Shown here: piece after piece, positions 47,891-61,454 of the stretch | Layout: the number at the start of each line of letters is the position of its first letter | How positions within the stretch are numbered: the first letter of the stretch is position 1 | NCBI GenBank assembly: GCA_030704615.1 | Contig: CM060734.1 | Location: 8,618,001 to 8,682,000, forward strand | Direction: 5' to 3' | DNA length: 64,000 nt | DNA from: Takakia lepidozioides | Taxonomy: Eukaryota; Plantae; Bryophyta | The notes under the pieces: generated by a model | Seen by the model: only the letters and a program-made list of their open reading frames with translations | What the model was told of the DNA's origin: nothing | The model's database searches: none | Made by a program: the position numbers and the translations under genes

Positions 47891-49620
47891 CCACACCCCC
47901 ACCCACGCTGCCTCTCTCGCACCTCTCTGTGCCCAACACACCTCCAAACCCTAAACCCCAACTTCCATTTCTGCAATTTCTAATTTTCGTGTTATTTAAT
48001 CGGACCCCATAACAATTACATTCATCAACTTTCAGAGGGTAAGTGATTTGTGAGCTGTCGTCTCCAGGTGTTTCCCTTTTATATTTTAAAAAAAGAAAAA
48101 GAAAAAAGGGTAAGTAGTTGTAATACCGTCCCTTATCAACCGTTTAGGCATTTTTGAGCCTAATAATTATTAAAAACCAAACAGACAGCTTAGGCACGTT
48201 TCTCAAACCATTCTCAAACCATTTCTCACATTAGGCATCTTGGGGGTTGGTATCACGTGAGCACAAAGTTAAGAGAAACGGTGTGAGCACAAAAAAAACC
48301 GCTGCGTGAGCAGAATCCACGGTTATGGGGTTTTATGTACATCAGCGGAAATACAAATAATAGCCGCATAGGGGCTTTACTGCGCTAATAGGCGATCCAT
48401 CGAAATCTGAATATAACTTAAACCAGGAACCCCAATCCACATGCACCTGTCAGTTTTTTCGAACCTCTAGAAAATCATGCATGAAATATTTGATGACCAA
48501 AAAACAACCAAAAGGGAAGAATTCCAGAATCCATGAAGCTAAAAGCAACGTAAACACAAAACGCACAGAATTAGCCAATAATGACAAATCAACAAATGCG
48601 TTTCGCAAAAGTAAATAGGGCGTTTCGCACGGAGTTTCAAAGACAAAAACAAACGATCGTTAGTGTTAAGGAACACCCAATCCGGAAAAAAGTCGGTTTC
48701 ACCAAAATTATGCCCGAGGAAATTCCCATATGACCAAATTAAAAAACATCACATATCCACCATAATCGAAAGCATTAATACCATAGTGGTGTTTTGCTTG
48801 CGAAACAAATACATACTTTTAATGATATTCTCATTTGAATAACTTTCACTCCACTCACAACTTCAAACCGATCCCCAGGCGGAATGAAATCCAAGGGGAA
48901 ATTGGAGTATGGGAAGAAGGCGCCACAGTGTGTGTTAGCAACTTGACAAAGGTCACCCAGGTGTGCCCCTCGAATTAGCACCCCTATGGCATCTGCTTGG
49001 TATACTGGCTCCCCGAGTTTTCTCTGTCACTGGCTTGACCTTGCTGATGGCCCAGTTCCTGCTTCTCGCTATGTCGCGATGTTCCAGTTAATTTTTACTA
49101 TCAGTGTTCTATAAGACTCTGTTATCTTGCATGCACAAGGATCAACCCAGGGAACCTCATATTTTGCACAATCGATATGGGATATATCCAGTGTTGGACC
49201 GGTATATAGGTCTTGGGCAGGTACTAGGCGGGTACCTACAAGGGCAAAACCCGGCAATACCCTGGTGGGGTAGGATACATGGACTTCTAAAACCCTGGCG
49301 CAAAACATACCAGTCTGGTCTTCTTCCTCGCACTACCACTCCAATACCCTGCATGCGTCGGTTGAGGGACCGGATGTAGGGGTAGGGTTTAGGGTAGTTT
49401 TCATTAGGGATACTAACTACATAGAGCGTTTTCAAGAGGGCAATTCAATGAGGATGGAGGCGCACATTTGAGGCACATTTGACGAGATTGTGGCGCTCCG
49501 AGGCATTTTTGCATGGCTATGCCTTCATGTCTAGAAGTTTGGTAGGGTTTTCAGTTGGATCTCCTCTTCTTAAATGTGCATGTGCATCTCCTGCTGTTTT
49601 GTTTTGTTTTGCTTTGCTTT

Positions 49621-49792
49621 GTTTTGAAAACAGATATTACCTCAACAATAGTTTTTGAGGGAGGTCAAAAATAATTGTTGAGGTAATATCTGTTTTCAAA
49701 ACCATTATATATATTTTTTGAAAAGAAAATTACCTCAACCATAGTTTTTGAGGGAGGTCAAAAATAATTGTTGAGGTAATATCTGTTTTCAC
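49621..49792. repeat. Two tandem palindromes with ~25-29 bp arms, probably a DNA-transposon end truncating the Gypsy ORF2
   Basis: GAAAACAGATATTACCTCAACAAT...ATTGTTGAGGTAATATCTGTTTTC occurs twice (the left arm of the second copy is diverged). Confidence 0.7.
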
Positions 49793-52700
49793 TGGTTGAC
49801 GGAGATGATTGAACACTACCTGGATATGTGAGGCCCTCTAGAGGCTGATATTGAGGTAATCTTTCAGGCATAGGAGACCCCCGTCGCTTCTTCTCTGCCA
49901 TCTGAATTGCATAGTCTTTTCCCATGTCAAAAGAGTCCACTGAAGAAACAGTTGTACCAGAATCCTCATCGCCTCTCAGGTGTTTTAACTGTCGAACTTT
50001 TTGTGGAATCCTCTGGGGCATACAATGTTGTCCTACCATGTCTGGAAGTTTAAATTTTAAAACTTGCTGTAAACGCTGAATGGCAAAATTGGTGAAGACC
50101 CCGAGCTCCTTGTCTGTCCAGGTGACTGGGGTACCAATGACTTGTGAATTGTGCAAGTATTTCCATCCCTCATGTCCCTTAAAGAAAATATCGTCAGGGC
50201 CGAATTTCTGTGTTGACAAATTGTTTCAGGCCGCATGAAACCATGAACGAATTTGAGAATCCTTTTGCATTATAACTTTTGCCTCATATAGGTACATATG
50301 AGGTGGCACTGAAGGTAAGACCCAATGATCCCCACTGGAATAACTCAGAAAGCGCGATTGCATCTTGTGCTGCTCAATGTGATAACGTACCAGAAAACAA
50401 GCAGCGTAGTATAACCCACAGCCCATGACAATACTTGCTACCTCCTTGGTCTTGGTATAAATGAATCCATGTACAACTTGGAAGGCAATTAATTCCTTCA
50501 ACATGGTACTTGCCTCATGCCAGTACTGCGCAAAGTGATGATCCTCATTGGGTCGATTGTTTGGAAGAACCTTAGTTCTAGTTGCCACTGGCAGCCAAAT
50601 GCGCATGATTTGATAGTAATGTGCCAATGACTGCGGAGGACTAAATTCTTTCCAAGCCAAATCCAACACAATGGGAATTTGGTTGAAGGGCATAATCATA
50701 GCCCTACTATACTCCCTTGCAGCTGGAGTTTTAGGTGGGTTAAAAGCAGCATTTCCCCATACCTCAGGCTGTGGTGGCTGTGGTGTGGCTGTAGTAACAA
50801 CAGGGTTAGCTACTGGCACAATGACTTGTTGTGGTGTTGGTGGCACTGGCTCTTGTACCATTTGCATCTCTTGCACCTCCTGTGAAGAAGACTGAAAAGC
50901 CAAAGTTCTGGCTTTTAAATAAGAAGCCATTAGCTGTTCCTCAGGTACACAGACTCTCTTGTCGATATTTGAAGTGAGGTCCTCCACTTGAGTCTGCAGG
51001 CCATCTACATCCTCCTGTAACTCCGCTATCCTACTATAGACATTGTCTATAGTAGTTGTGGCAATGTTCTGCACTTGCAGTCTGAGCTCATTCATCTCGC
51101 TTTGGGTGAGCTTTCGTGGTGCTTTACCCTCCACTGGCCCTTGTGCTAACCAGACCTGCATAAGGTGTTTATCCACCAAGTTGCTTGTGGTACCTTTGAG
51201 AGTTTGCTCCTCTCTGAGTTTGTATATCTCTAATTGCTGTTGTAAAGCTTCCATGCGCTTCGCATGAGGTTCAACCAAATTCGCATAGGCAGCAAGCAGA
51301 TTATTGGCTTCCTTCCAAGCCTTGTTAATGACAGAGATTTCATTTCTATTGGCCATGACCGTTTGTTGCAACTCCAGGATGTGCCTCTCTTGGTCAGCTT
51401 CAACCTGCCTGTATTGCTTGAAAGTATCCTCATTGCGACAGATTGTATTCTCCATATCGACAATGAGTTTCACTTGCTCAACATTCTCTGTCTCTGCCTT
51501 CGTACATCTTTCCGCTTGACTGTTTATTTCTATTGTAGATTGGTCAAGCATAGTTGTGAGTGTAGCACATTGGATGGCCATCCTGTCATGCACTGTCTGC
51601 AACTCCGTATGTAGTGCATTCACTTGTTGCAACTTGCTTTCATGCTTCACCTGCATTTGGTATAGCTGTTGCTTATGTGCTTCGTGCAACTGGTCTTGCG
51701 CGAGGCCTGCCTCAATCAATTGTTCCTTGGCCAATTGCAAAGCCGCTTCTGTACTCTCCAAGTCTTGCTGCATCTTGAGAGTGACCTCTTCATCGACCTT
51801 GTTTGCACACTTTGTGGCAAGTCGAGCCTCAAACTCCTTCCTGAGTTCTTCCCTCAAAGCTGCCAATTGAGTAGTGGGAACATGGGATTTGACATAAGTA
51901 CCCAACAGATTAAGTGTCCTGCTTATGGAACTCATAAGCATGGCCTGTTGAGGGTCATCTTGGTGAGCTTGCTGCTGTTCTCCCTGATCCTCAACAGTGT
52001 GATGCCTTACGAACCACTCAGGCCATTGCCCCACCAGATTTTCTTCCTGAACCACTTCATCCGTCACCGATGCTGCAGTGTCTTGACATTCTACCTGTGG
52101 TACCTCCGTCACAGGTGTGTGTATTATATGCACCGCAGGGTTTCCCTTGGACAATTGTTGCACCTCCGGAATCACTGTGTCCTTGACCATACCAGAATAT
52201 TCATAGAGAAAGTCCCCCTTCTCAATTTCTGCCACCACCTGTTCTGTAGTGGGAATATCTAACCATTCTTTTTCCAAATCAATTATTTCTGGTGGAACTG
52301 CATGGACAACTTGTGGTAACTCTGTGACAAGCCGATCATCTGGCTGTGATGGCTGTGATACTGAAGTAACTTCCTCTTCCCTCTCTGAAGGTCCTGCTTC
52401 CAGTAATAGCAGTTCTTTGTGCTGTTGTGCCCCTTCCTGCACAAGAGCTTGGGAAACATTATCATGCGGATTCTGTGAAGCCAGTGGATCCGCCACTACA
52501 GTTTTTCCCTGCCTCTGTCTCTTAGTCTCGGGTTGCCCTGCCAGTCCACCCTCACTGTGTGAAGAGCCTTGCTCTTCCATTGCAGTGGTTTCTGGCTCAA
52601 ACACTCCCATCTCTTTTCTTTCTCAAGCATCAAGTATGCCAGAATCAAGAATTATTTTAGCAATGATTGGGCCAGACACTATGATAGGAGACTTTGCGGC

Positions 52701-53255
52701 AGTACCCTGTAATCTTTTCATCTCCTCTACCAGTGCGTTGTACATTATGTCCGCCCATTCTACCTCTTCTCCTCTCAGGGCTTTGAGTATTTCTTCTGTG
52801 AAGGATCTGCTCAAATACTGTTGGTTCTGTTTCATGGCAAACAGAACGTTCAATACCTGGCCTACCTCCCTTAGCCCTGGGTACACGGCCTTGGTACAAG
52901 CATAACCCTGAGTTTTAAAGAAACTCCCTTCTTGGAATAAGTCCCCTATTTGCAGTCTTGCCCTGTGCTCCTCCACATGCACCTGACCTGCTGGCAATCG
53001 AAACAATTGCTGTAGGTATAGGGGAGTAATTACTAATTCAACTCCCTTCACCGTTGTTACTCCTGTCCTTGGCTCAAAGTTTTGCAAGAATTGTAACATG
53101 TACTGTCTATGGTGCAATGTCCAATCTTTGCTTTGCAATCCTTCCAATCGCAGCTCCTTCAGTAACTTTACCGCCTATGGAGTAGCAATCGTTTGTTTCT
53201 GCAGGATTGTGGTGCTCTTTACCCTGATTTCTTCCATTCCTCTCACTCTCTTCAT
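49793..53255 (-). pseudogene. Gypsy extra ORF (ORF2, env-like position), ~1150 codons: plant-transposon-protein-like N-terminus, coiled coil, conserved C-terminal domain
   Basis: ORFs 52623-53147, 50226-52610 and 49758-50219 are in one frame, separated by single stops, with an in-frame ATG at 53255. The middle is Q/E/L heptad-rich. Confidence 0.8.
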
Positions 53256-53899
53256 TCTAGACCCACAGAAATGTTTTGGCTGTAACAATTGAAGAAATGC
53301 CTACAGGGCACAAAGCATAAACGTATGGTTGCCACAAAAAGCTATGGGTAATTTCTTGTAAGCCTGCGGGGCTTGCAAGCATCGATCAAGAGAAAAGATC
53401 CGCTCTGTTCTTTCGTCCCTATGCCACTGCGTAAGTAATATTGCGAGCGTATAGTCTGTTAGTTCCTCCATAACTTCAAAGCTATAGCATTGATGGTTTG
53501 TCCCGTCGAGACGCCCGTTACTTAGAACGACGCCGACTCTTGCGCTTAAATTCCCACCAATTTCTTGATCCCTTTTCTGGCTTTCGATTGGCTGTAACCG
53601 CTGTGACTGGATTTTAGATTTAATTTTCTTTAGTGGACTTTCCCTGCTGGACTGTCCACTAGGATAACACATGTGACAAGAATTTCGCTTTTTTGTACTT
53701 GCCGTTTGTTCTATTGCCCATTTTCCGTATTCATTAATGGGCCCGCCATTCATCCGAATCGACGTGCTAATTAGGTATTTTGACGGCCATTCTTGTCCTC
53801 TTTCTTGATGACATCTGTTCTTGCACTTCCTTCTCAGCTGTGTGTTGCGCCTTGACTTCCACGTGTCCCTTTCTAAACTGGCTTCCGTCCTTTCTTCCG

Positions 53900-56800
53900 C
53901 CGGCCATTTCCGTGAAGTTATCCTGCGTCCACCTGTCACTGATTCTATGGATTGTGTAACCCTAGTAGGCTGTGTTAAGCTGTGACAGGCTGTGTCATAC
54001 TGTGGTACGCCGTAATAGGCTGTGATACACTGTGGTAAGCTGTGATAGGCTGTGACACGCTGTGGTAGGTTGTGATATGTTGTGTCACGCCTTGATGGGC
54101 TGTGATAGGTTGTGTCACATCGTGATGGACTGTGACAGGCTGTGTCGCGCCTTGATGGGCTATGATAGGCTGTGTCGCGCTTGTTCTGCCCGCCCTGGTC
54201 ATATATGCTCGGCCTAGCGCCAAGTGCTCCATACTCTTTTGGTAACACTGGCGCAGCCCGTGACTGCTTTTGCGTTTCAACATGCAAATCATGCTGCAAT
54301 GGTTTGTCATGGATACCACTGTACCCTTTCAACTTATTGGCATTGACTCTTCCCAGCATTTCTTTGTTAATGGTTTGTAACATGGCGGTGTTATTATCAT
54401 ACATCTTTTGTATGACATAAGGTCCTTCCCATGGTGATTTAAGCTTAGAAGCTTTAATCTTTCCCTTCTTCTGCAGCCATAGAACCAAATCTCCCGTCTT
54501 AAAAGTCTTTAACTTGCCTTCATCAAACTGTTCCTTCCTTTTCATCTGAATTCAGGTCATATTATCAGCTGCATCAGCACGTACTTCTTCCACATGGTAT
54601 AATTCATGTTTCCTGACTTTAATGGAATCTTGCAATTCCATTATCTTTCCCCATTCCGTTCTCATGGTAGGTAACAGGAATTCCACTGGAAGTAAAGCTT
54701 CCATACCATAAACTAATTGGAATGGTGTATACTTAGTGGTGACTTTATATGAAGTCCTGTATGACCACAAAGCTGTCAGCAGCTTTGTATCCCAATCCGT
54801 TCTGTTTGCATTGACTATCTTAGCCAAGATAGTACATAGTATTTTGTTGGTAGCCTCTGCTTGCCCATTACCCTATGGGTAATATGTTGTACTCTTCCTA
54901 TGCACAATCATGAACTCTTTAGTCAATAATTCAATGGTCTCATTAATGAAGTGACTTCCCTGATCACTGATAAATTCCAAGGGACAGCCAAATCGTGTAA
55001 GTATGTTCTCATATAGGAACCTTGTTGTGGACTTGGCTGTGTTGTCCCTCAAAGCTTTAGCTTCCACCCACTTCGTAGTATAATCAGTGGCTGTAATTAT
55101 GTACCTGTTCTGTGTATTCTTGGCTGGTGGGTTAATTGGTCCAACAAAGTCTAGTCCCCATTTCTGAAATGGTTCGTAGGCATTGTAGGATGCAAAGCCA
55201 TCTTCCCAGATCTCTGCAAAGGTCCTAGCCTCTGACATTCATCACAACTCTGACAATACTTGTGTACATCTTTGAACAAAGTAGGCCACCAGTAACCTGC
55301 ATGTAGTATTTTCCTGCTGGTAGTCTCTTCTCCAAAATGACCTCCTGCCACTCCTTTATGAACTTCCTCCAAAACTTTATTAACTTCATGGTGGTATAAG
55401 CATCGCTTCAGCACTCCATCTGGTCCTAGCTTATACATTCTGCTCCCTACCATAGTGTAAGGTAGAGCCTTGATAGCAATTCTCTTTCTCTGCTCCTTTC
55501 CATAACTTGATGGGCACTGACCATGAGCAAGGTAGTATCTGATTGGCCATTGCCAATCTAACCAGTCATCTGCACTTCCCTGCACCTCCACTGCAAATAG
55601 ACTCGCATCTGGTAATTGATCATCTACTCCCGTGGCTGGTTCTCCTGTTGATAACCTTGACAAGTGATCCGCCACAAGATGCAGCCTCCCAGGCTTGTAA
55701 ACAACCTCAAACTCAAACTCGTGCAAGATTATCAACCATCTTGTTATTCTTTCGCTTATCAGAGGTTTGTTTACCAGGTATATCAGAGCCTGGTGATCCA
55801 CATAGAACATAAACTTCTTGCCCAACAGGTAATGCCTGAATTTCTTCACTGCATAGATCATTGCCAATGCTTCTCTTTCCGTTGTGCTATAATTTCTTTC
55901 GGCATTGTTCATCAATCGGCTAGCATAGTACACACGTGAATCTATCCTTCATGTAACATTTTGGGCTAACACTGCTCCTAGTGCTTCTCCAGAAGCATCA
56001 CAGTGAACATGAAATATTTCCTGCCAGTGAGGATTAATCAGCACAGGTGTAGTTGTTACTGACAATGTAAGTTCCTCAAAAGCCTGTTGACATTCAGGTG
56101 TCCATGCAAACACTGCATCTTTCTTCAGAAGTTTGCTCAATGGTGCTGCTATCTGTGCATACCGTCTGACAAATCTTCTGTAATAGCTAGTTTGTCCAAG
56201 GAATCTCTTTAGACTCTTAACATTCACTGGTGGTGGAGAGGCTTTAATGGCCTCTGTTTTCCTGGGATCCACAAGAAGTCCCCTCTTACACACAATGTGT
56301 CCCAGAAGCACCCCTGAGTTCACACAGAAAGTACACTTATCTGGATTCAGGCCCAGACCTCTCATCCTGCATCTGGCCAGACATAACTCCAATTTATGCA
56401 AGTGTTCATTCTTAGAGCTGTACACACTGAAATCATCCAAGAACACCTGCATGAAATCATCCAGATACTCATGAAAAGATTCACTTATCACTCTCTGAAA
56501 GGTTGCTGGTGCATTACAAAGTCCAAAGGGCATGACTTTGTATGCATAAGCACCCCAGTCTATGATGAAAGCTGTCTTTCCTTGGTCTTCTTCTGCCACT
56601 TGCACTTGATTATAACCACTGAAGCCATCCATGAATGAGTACATCTCATGGCCTGCCACAGTGTCTAATACTGCTTCTGTGAATGGCAAAGGGAAAGGAT
56701 CTTTCTTCGTACAAGCATTCAGCTTCTTGTAGTTCACACAAACTCTTAGTTTACCATTCTTCTTGGGAACAATCACAATGGGTGACAACCAAGTTGTATA

Positions 56801-58090
56801 CTCTATTGGGTATATAAACTTAGCCTCAGCCAACTTCTTGATCTCTTCTCCAACCTTCTGTGCGTAGTTGGGATTCATTCTGTACCTTGCCTGCTTGATT
56901 GGTACTGACCCTGGTTCCAGTTCAATCTTATGCTGACAGATTTCAGGTGGTATCCCTTTTAGATCCTCATAGCTCCAAGCAAATACATCTCTGTATTTGA
57001 TGAACAAACTCTTAGCTTCTTCAAAGAATTCTGGCTCCAAATCAGCTCCTACCTTCACCATCCTCGGTTCCTCTTTAGTTCCCACATTCACTTCCCTCAC
57101 TTGCTCATCAGCTGTGATTGTCCAACCAGTCACCACTTCATCCTGTAAACTCACAGTGGCTGGTTCCTCTAGGATTTCCATTTCTCCTTCTTTTTCTTCA
57201 TAGAAATGTGATGGGTAACTGCTGGTTTCCTCTTCAATTGGTGTTGCTGACACTACACCACAGCAGATACCCTTTAAACAACTTAGGCCTTCCAGCCGCA
57301 TCTCTGCAACCTGCTCCCACTCTGGGTGTGCAGCAAACAGGGTAGCTTCCTGCTCCTCATCCAGTCCTCCTCTCCAGTCATACTCTCTGACCCCTCGAGG
57401 TCTTCTCGTAGCAGGTAATCTACTAGATTTCTTTGTGGTAATTTGTATCTCGTGCATCCCATTATGCACGGTTAGTAACTGAGAATTCCAGTCATGGAAT
57501 ACCCTGGCATGTTTCAGCCATGGACGTCCCAATAATAAGGAGTAAGCCTCCATGACTTCATCCATCTTCAACACAGTTACTGTGATCATAAAGATCATCT
57601 TCTGTATCTGTATCTTAACTCCTCTTATTAATCCCAATGGCTGTACACTTCTTTGATCTGCCATTGTTACTGTAAATGGGGCTGGTTTCATGTTACTTAG
57701 ACCAAGCTTCTTTCTTAATTGGTCTGTCATGATATTTACTCCTGAGCCTCTATCTATCAGTACATCAGTTAGTTCTGTGCTTCCAATTCTCAATTGGATT
57801 ACTCGCATAGAATCATCAAAGTCCATGACTGTTTCTCGCCCTTCCGGCTTCACATTATAACTGGTCACATTGCTGTTCAGGTCTGTGTTTCTTGTCTCCT
57901 GGGCAATTCGATTGATTGCTTGATACAGCCTGTGTCTACAATAAGGTGCCACAGCCAATAGCTGTCCAATGGTAATCTCTGCTTTGGTCTGGCATATTAC
58001 TTCAGCCAAAGTCCCTGCATTACTCTGCATGTGTAGTGTGAATGCAGGGGGTAGACATTCAAATTTTTGTTTGGCATCAGGATTCGGCAT
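53900..58090 (-). mobile_element. Ty3/Gypsy non-chromovirus pol (PR-RT-RH-INT), frameshifted; gag and LTRs missing
   Basis: Protease LIDRGSGVN, RT KDPFPLP..MDGFSGYNQ..MPFGLCNAPATFQ..FLDD, RNase H CDASG..NYSTTEREAL, integrase HHCC, WGLDFVGP, SDQGSHF and WEGPY. Confidence 0.95.
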
Positions 58091-59946
58091 TACTACGAAG
58101 GGAGTGCCCTGGTGCTAATGAGGGGAAGGAATTATCCATGACTACAGTTAATTCCATGGGAACACTATGCTATTGCTCTGCCAGGACAAAATATGGCTAA
58201 GTTATGACATGCGCCTTTTTCATCCCTAGGATGAATGATTTTCATCGATGATGTTTAAACCTAGAAGCTCGGGCTGTGAAAAACGAAGGGGAAGAGTGCG
58301 GGCAACTTTTCGGAGTTGTTGCAGTGGTGTTGGCAGCACAGTATGTCTTAGAAAGTTCCACCTGCGCAAGGGGAATCAGCTTGCTTTAAAGAACAACGTT
58401 AAAGGCTCTTGCTTGGCATTCTGTGCAAGAGGAAGCGGTGCCGCCTTCTTCGTAGTAATGATCAATTCTGAAGGCTGAGCATGTGATGAGAGCGGTGCAC
58501 CACCGCTGCCGCCATTGTCTTGAAGAGCACAGTTATGAGGAGATGGAGCGGCTCAACAGCTGTTGGGGCATGAGAAGTGCAGGCTGGTGTGTATGGCGCT
58601 TCAGGTTATCTGTAATTAAGACTTGTAGCTGCTTTCTGTCTTATTGCTGTAGGACCAGATCAATTCTTAGGGAAGAAGTGCACATGTAGAAGGATAGGGT
58701 AGAGGTTGGCAGGCACAAGGATGTTGCCAGCAGACGAAGCAGAGCCGTCATGACATAATGAGGACTGGAATCACGATAAGAAGAAGCGTTGAATGTGGCT
58801 GATGACAGAGTTAATGAGGTGCCATCTTGACAGGCAGACCCACCGCTTCACTGGAGTATAAGACAGATAAGTTCGAAGAGTGTTGGCTTCCTTTTTGGGT
58901 GACTTAGAAATCGCTTTGTGAAGTTTTGGACTATCTCTTGTATGTAGAAAGAGACACAGATATGTGAGGAAGAAAAGAGCTTTGGGAAATGGAATGAGGA
59001 CACTGGACTTCAAACCAGGATAGGCTGGAAATGGATGCACCTGCTGTTACATTGCACAGTAGGAGAAATGAGTGGGGACAGGGTTAACTCATCGCTGGGT
59101 CAGAATGGTTGCTGTTTGTTGTATTCTTGTTCTTTGTTTCAGTGTCATGAGCCTGTAAAGACAATGTGGCCTTGGATGTTAACACATTGCAGCCAATGTG
59201 GAACTAGCTTAGTAGGTAGAGGAAACCAGTGAAGGTTAGATAGAACTGTTTGGAAGGAGCAGAAGGGATGATGTGGATGGGGCAGAAAAACCAACACTGT
59301 TTGGGGTTTGGATCTGATTCTCAGAGTGCTCTCAGCATGTGAACAACTGAGGTTCACAGTTGATGGGAAAAAGAGAGCTGTCAGGGTGGGTAAATTGAGA
59401 CCTATAGACGGGTTGAGAACTGTCTTGGGCAAATGGCTACACCTGGGAAAAGGGGAGTGTGAAGCATCTGTCATTGGCAAGAGAGGAACTGATAAAGGGG
59501 CTGATTATGTCTTCTGTGACCAAGGTTGATTTCAATGCTGGGTACACTGGATGCCTGGCTGAATGCGCATTGCATTGCATCTTAGACATGCTATTGTGAA
59601 AAAGTGAGGAATTTGCAGACCCTGAAAGAAAGAGAGACAGAGAGAGAGAAAAGGACAAAGGGAGAGAGCTGACCAGCAAGAGGGGTTGATGAGGGATGAA
59701 GATTGGGGAGGTAAGATAAAGAAAGCATGAACCCATGAAGAGCCAAACCGGTGGGCCTGTAGTTCATGGCAGATCATGCCATTGCTCACTCTTGACCTGG
59801 AGAGCAGATAGTGTAGGTTTTTATACCTTTGGTATTGCAGTCTAGGGATAGAATTACAAAGTAGAGGGAGATACCGCACTACAAGAGAAACTAGTTTTTT
59901 CTTACACCATTTCTTACACATGCAAGTGTAAGAAAAGCCCACCTGC

Positions 59947-60800
59947 TCACACCCCCTAGGTGTCAGGTAAACCGTGTCGATTCCGCCACCTTGTCAAAAA
60001 AGCCGGTCGTGTGGAAAAAGACATCTTACACCCATCTACACCCTGTCAGGCCACCTACATGTAACTTATAATACACAGGTGTGGTATATTCTACACCAAA
60101 CTCACACCCTGTTGGACAACGTGGCAGACACATGGCAGTCGGCGATTATGCCACGTAGGTTCAGAAAATTTAAATGCAATTAATTTCTATTTTTAATATA
60201 TTGACAACTGGATGTTGTCAGGCCACCTACATGTAACGTATAATACACATGTGTGGTATATTCACCTACATGTAAGGTATAATACACATGTGTGGTATAT
60301 TCTACACCAAACTCACACCCTGCTGGACAACGTGGCAGACACATGGCAGTCGGTGATTATGCCACGTAGGTTCAAAAAAATTAAATGCAATTAATTTCCA
60401 TTTTTAATATATTGACAACTGGATGATGTCAAGCCACCTACATGTAAGGTATAATACACAGGTGTGCAATACTCTACACCAAACTCACACCCCGCTGGAC
60501 AACGTGACATAATGTCAGGCCAACTTACGTGTAAGCTATTCCACACAGTTGTGGAATAACCTACACCAATATGTGTGACTATTTTGACAGGTGTGAAGTG
60601 TGAGGTCACTTGGTTGTGGGTTACTGTACATTAATGTGGACTACCTTACATGTGATAGTTCACATTGGTGTAGAATACTCTTCATTGGCAAATGAATGTG
60701 TGTAGGCTAATATACAGTAGTGTACAATGTTTCATGTGGGTTATCCTACACCAATGTTTTTCATTTAACATAGGTGTCAACTATCCTACACAAAGATACT
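59947..60800. repeat. Subterminal-type tandem repeat array (~185-215 bp units; CCTACA/TACACC motifs)
   Basis: TGTCAGGCCACCTACATGTAA...CTACACCAAACTCACACCC repeats at ~60044, ~60216 and ~60427. The array begins near CACACCCC at 59947. Confidence 0.8.
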
Positions 60801-61454
60801 ACAATCTTTATAGGTGGTTTCATGTATAAAGGTCATGTGGAGCAATGAACTGTGGAATTCGGAGGCCCATTTAATCAAATTGAAACAAGGAACTGACCTC
60901 AAAATGTGCCTGATAGGCATACAAGAAAAAGACACTGCCCAAATGCCTCACTAGGCTAGAAAGTGTCGAGGAAGACAATGCAACACTATCTACCTAAACC
61001 AACACACTAAGGCAGACCAACAACCAGCTGTACTAAACCGCAACAAGCCTGAACATGAACAAGGCTGCTCCCAAATTTACAAGCTAAGAGCAAGGTCACA
61101 AGGGCAAAGACAAGGACCACATTGTTCCTAGCAGGCTGCAACACTATCTACCTAAACACAAGGACCACCTTGTTCCCAACATGTAAGAGCCTGCTACATT
61201 GAGACTAAAAAGTGCAAAGCCTGCCAAATTGTCATGGTGGCAAAACAAACTAGGGCCTTACTTTCATTAACCACTGTCACAAAGTCCAGAACCCTCGGAA
61301 TTAAACATTGTTCACAGGAGCTACAACTGCCTCACATATTCTATGGCCTCTCAGTATCAAGCCTTTTTGAGATAATGGCCCGACCAAAAGTAGATTTCCC
61401 AACATTGTGACCAAGATCAGTCTGATTAGGGATAGAGGCGTAGTTGGGATATGG

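Noticed and set aside
53301-54200. Long C-terminal extension of the integrase
   Set aside because: It translates a tandem-repeat spacer and has no domain features, so it is probably read-through of non-coding sequence.
59947-60600. CRISPR-like repeat-spacer array
   Set aside because: The units are long tandem duplications without unique spacers, there are no cas genes, and the context is eukaryotic.
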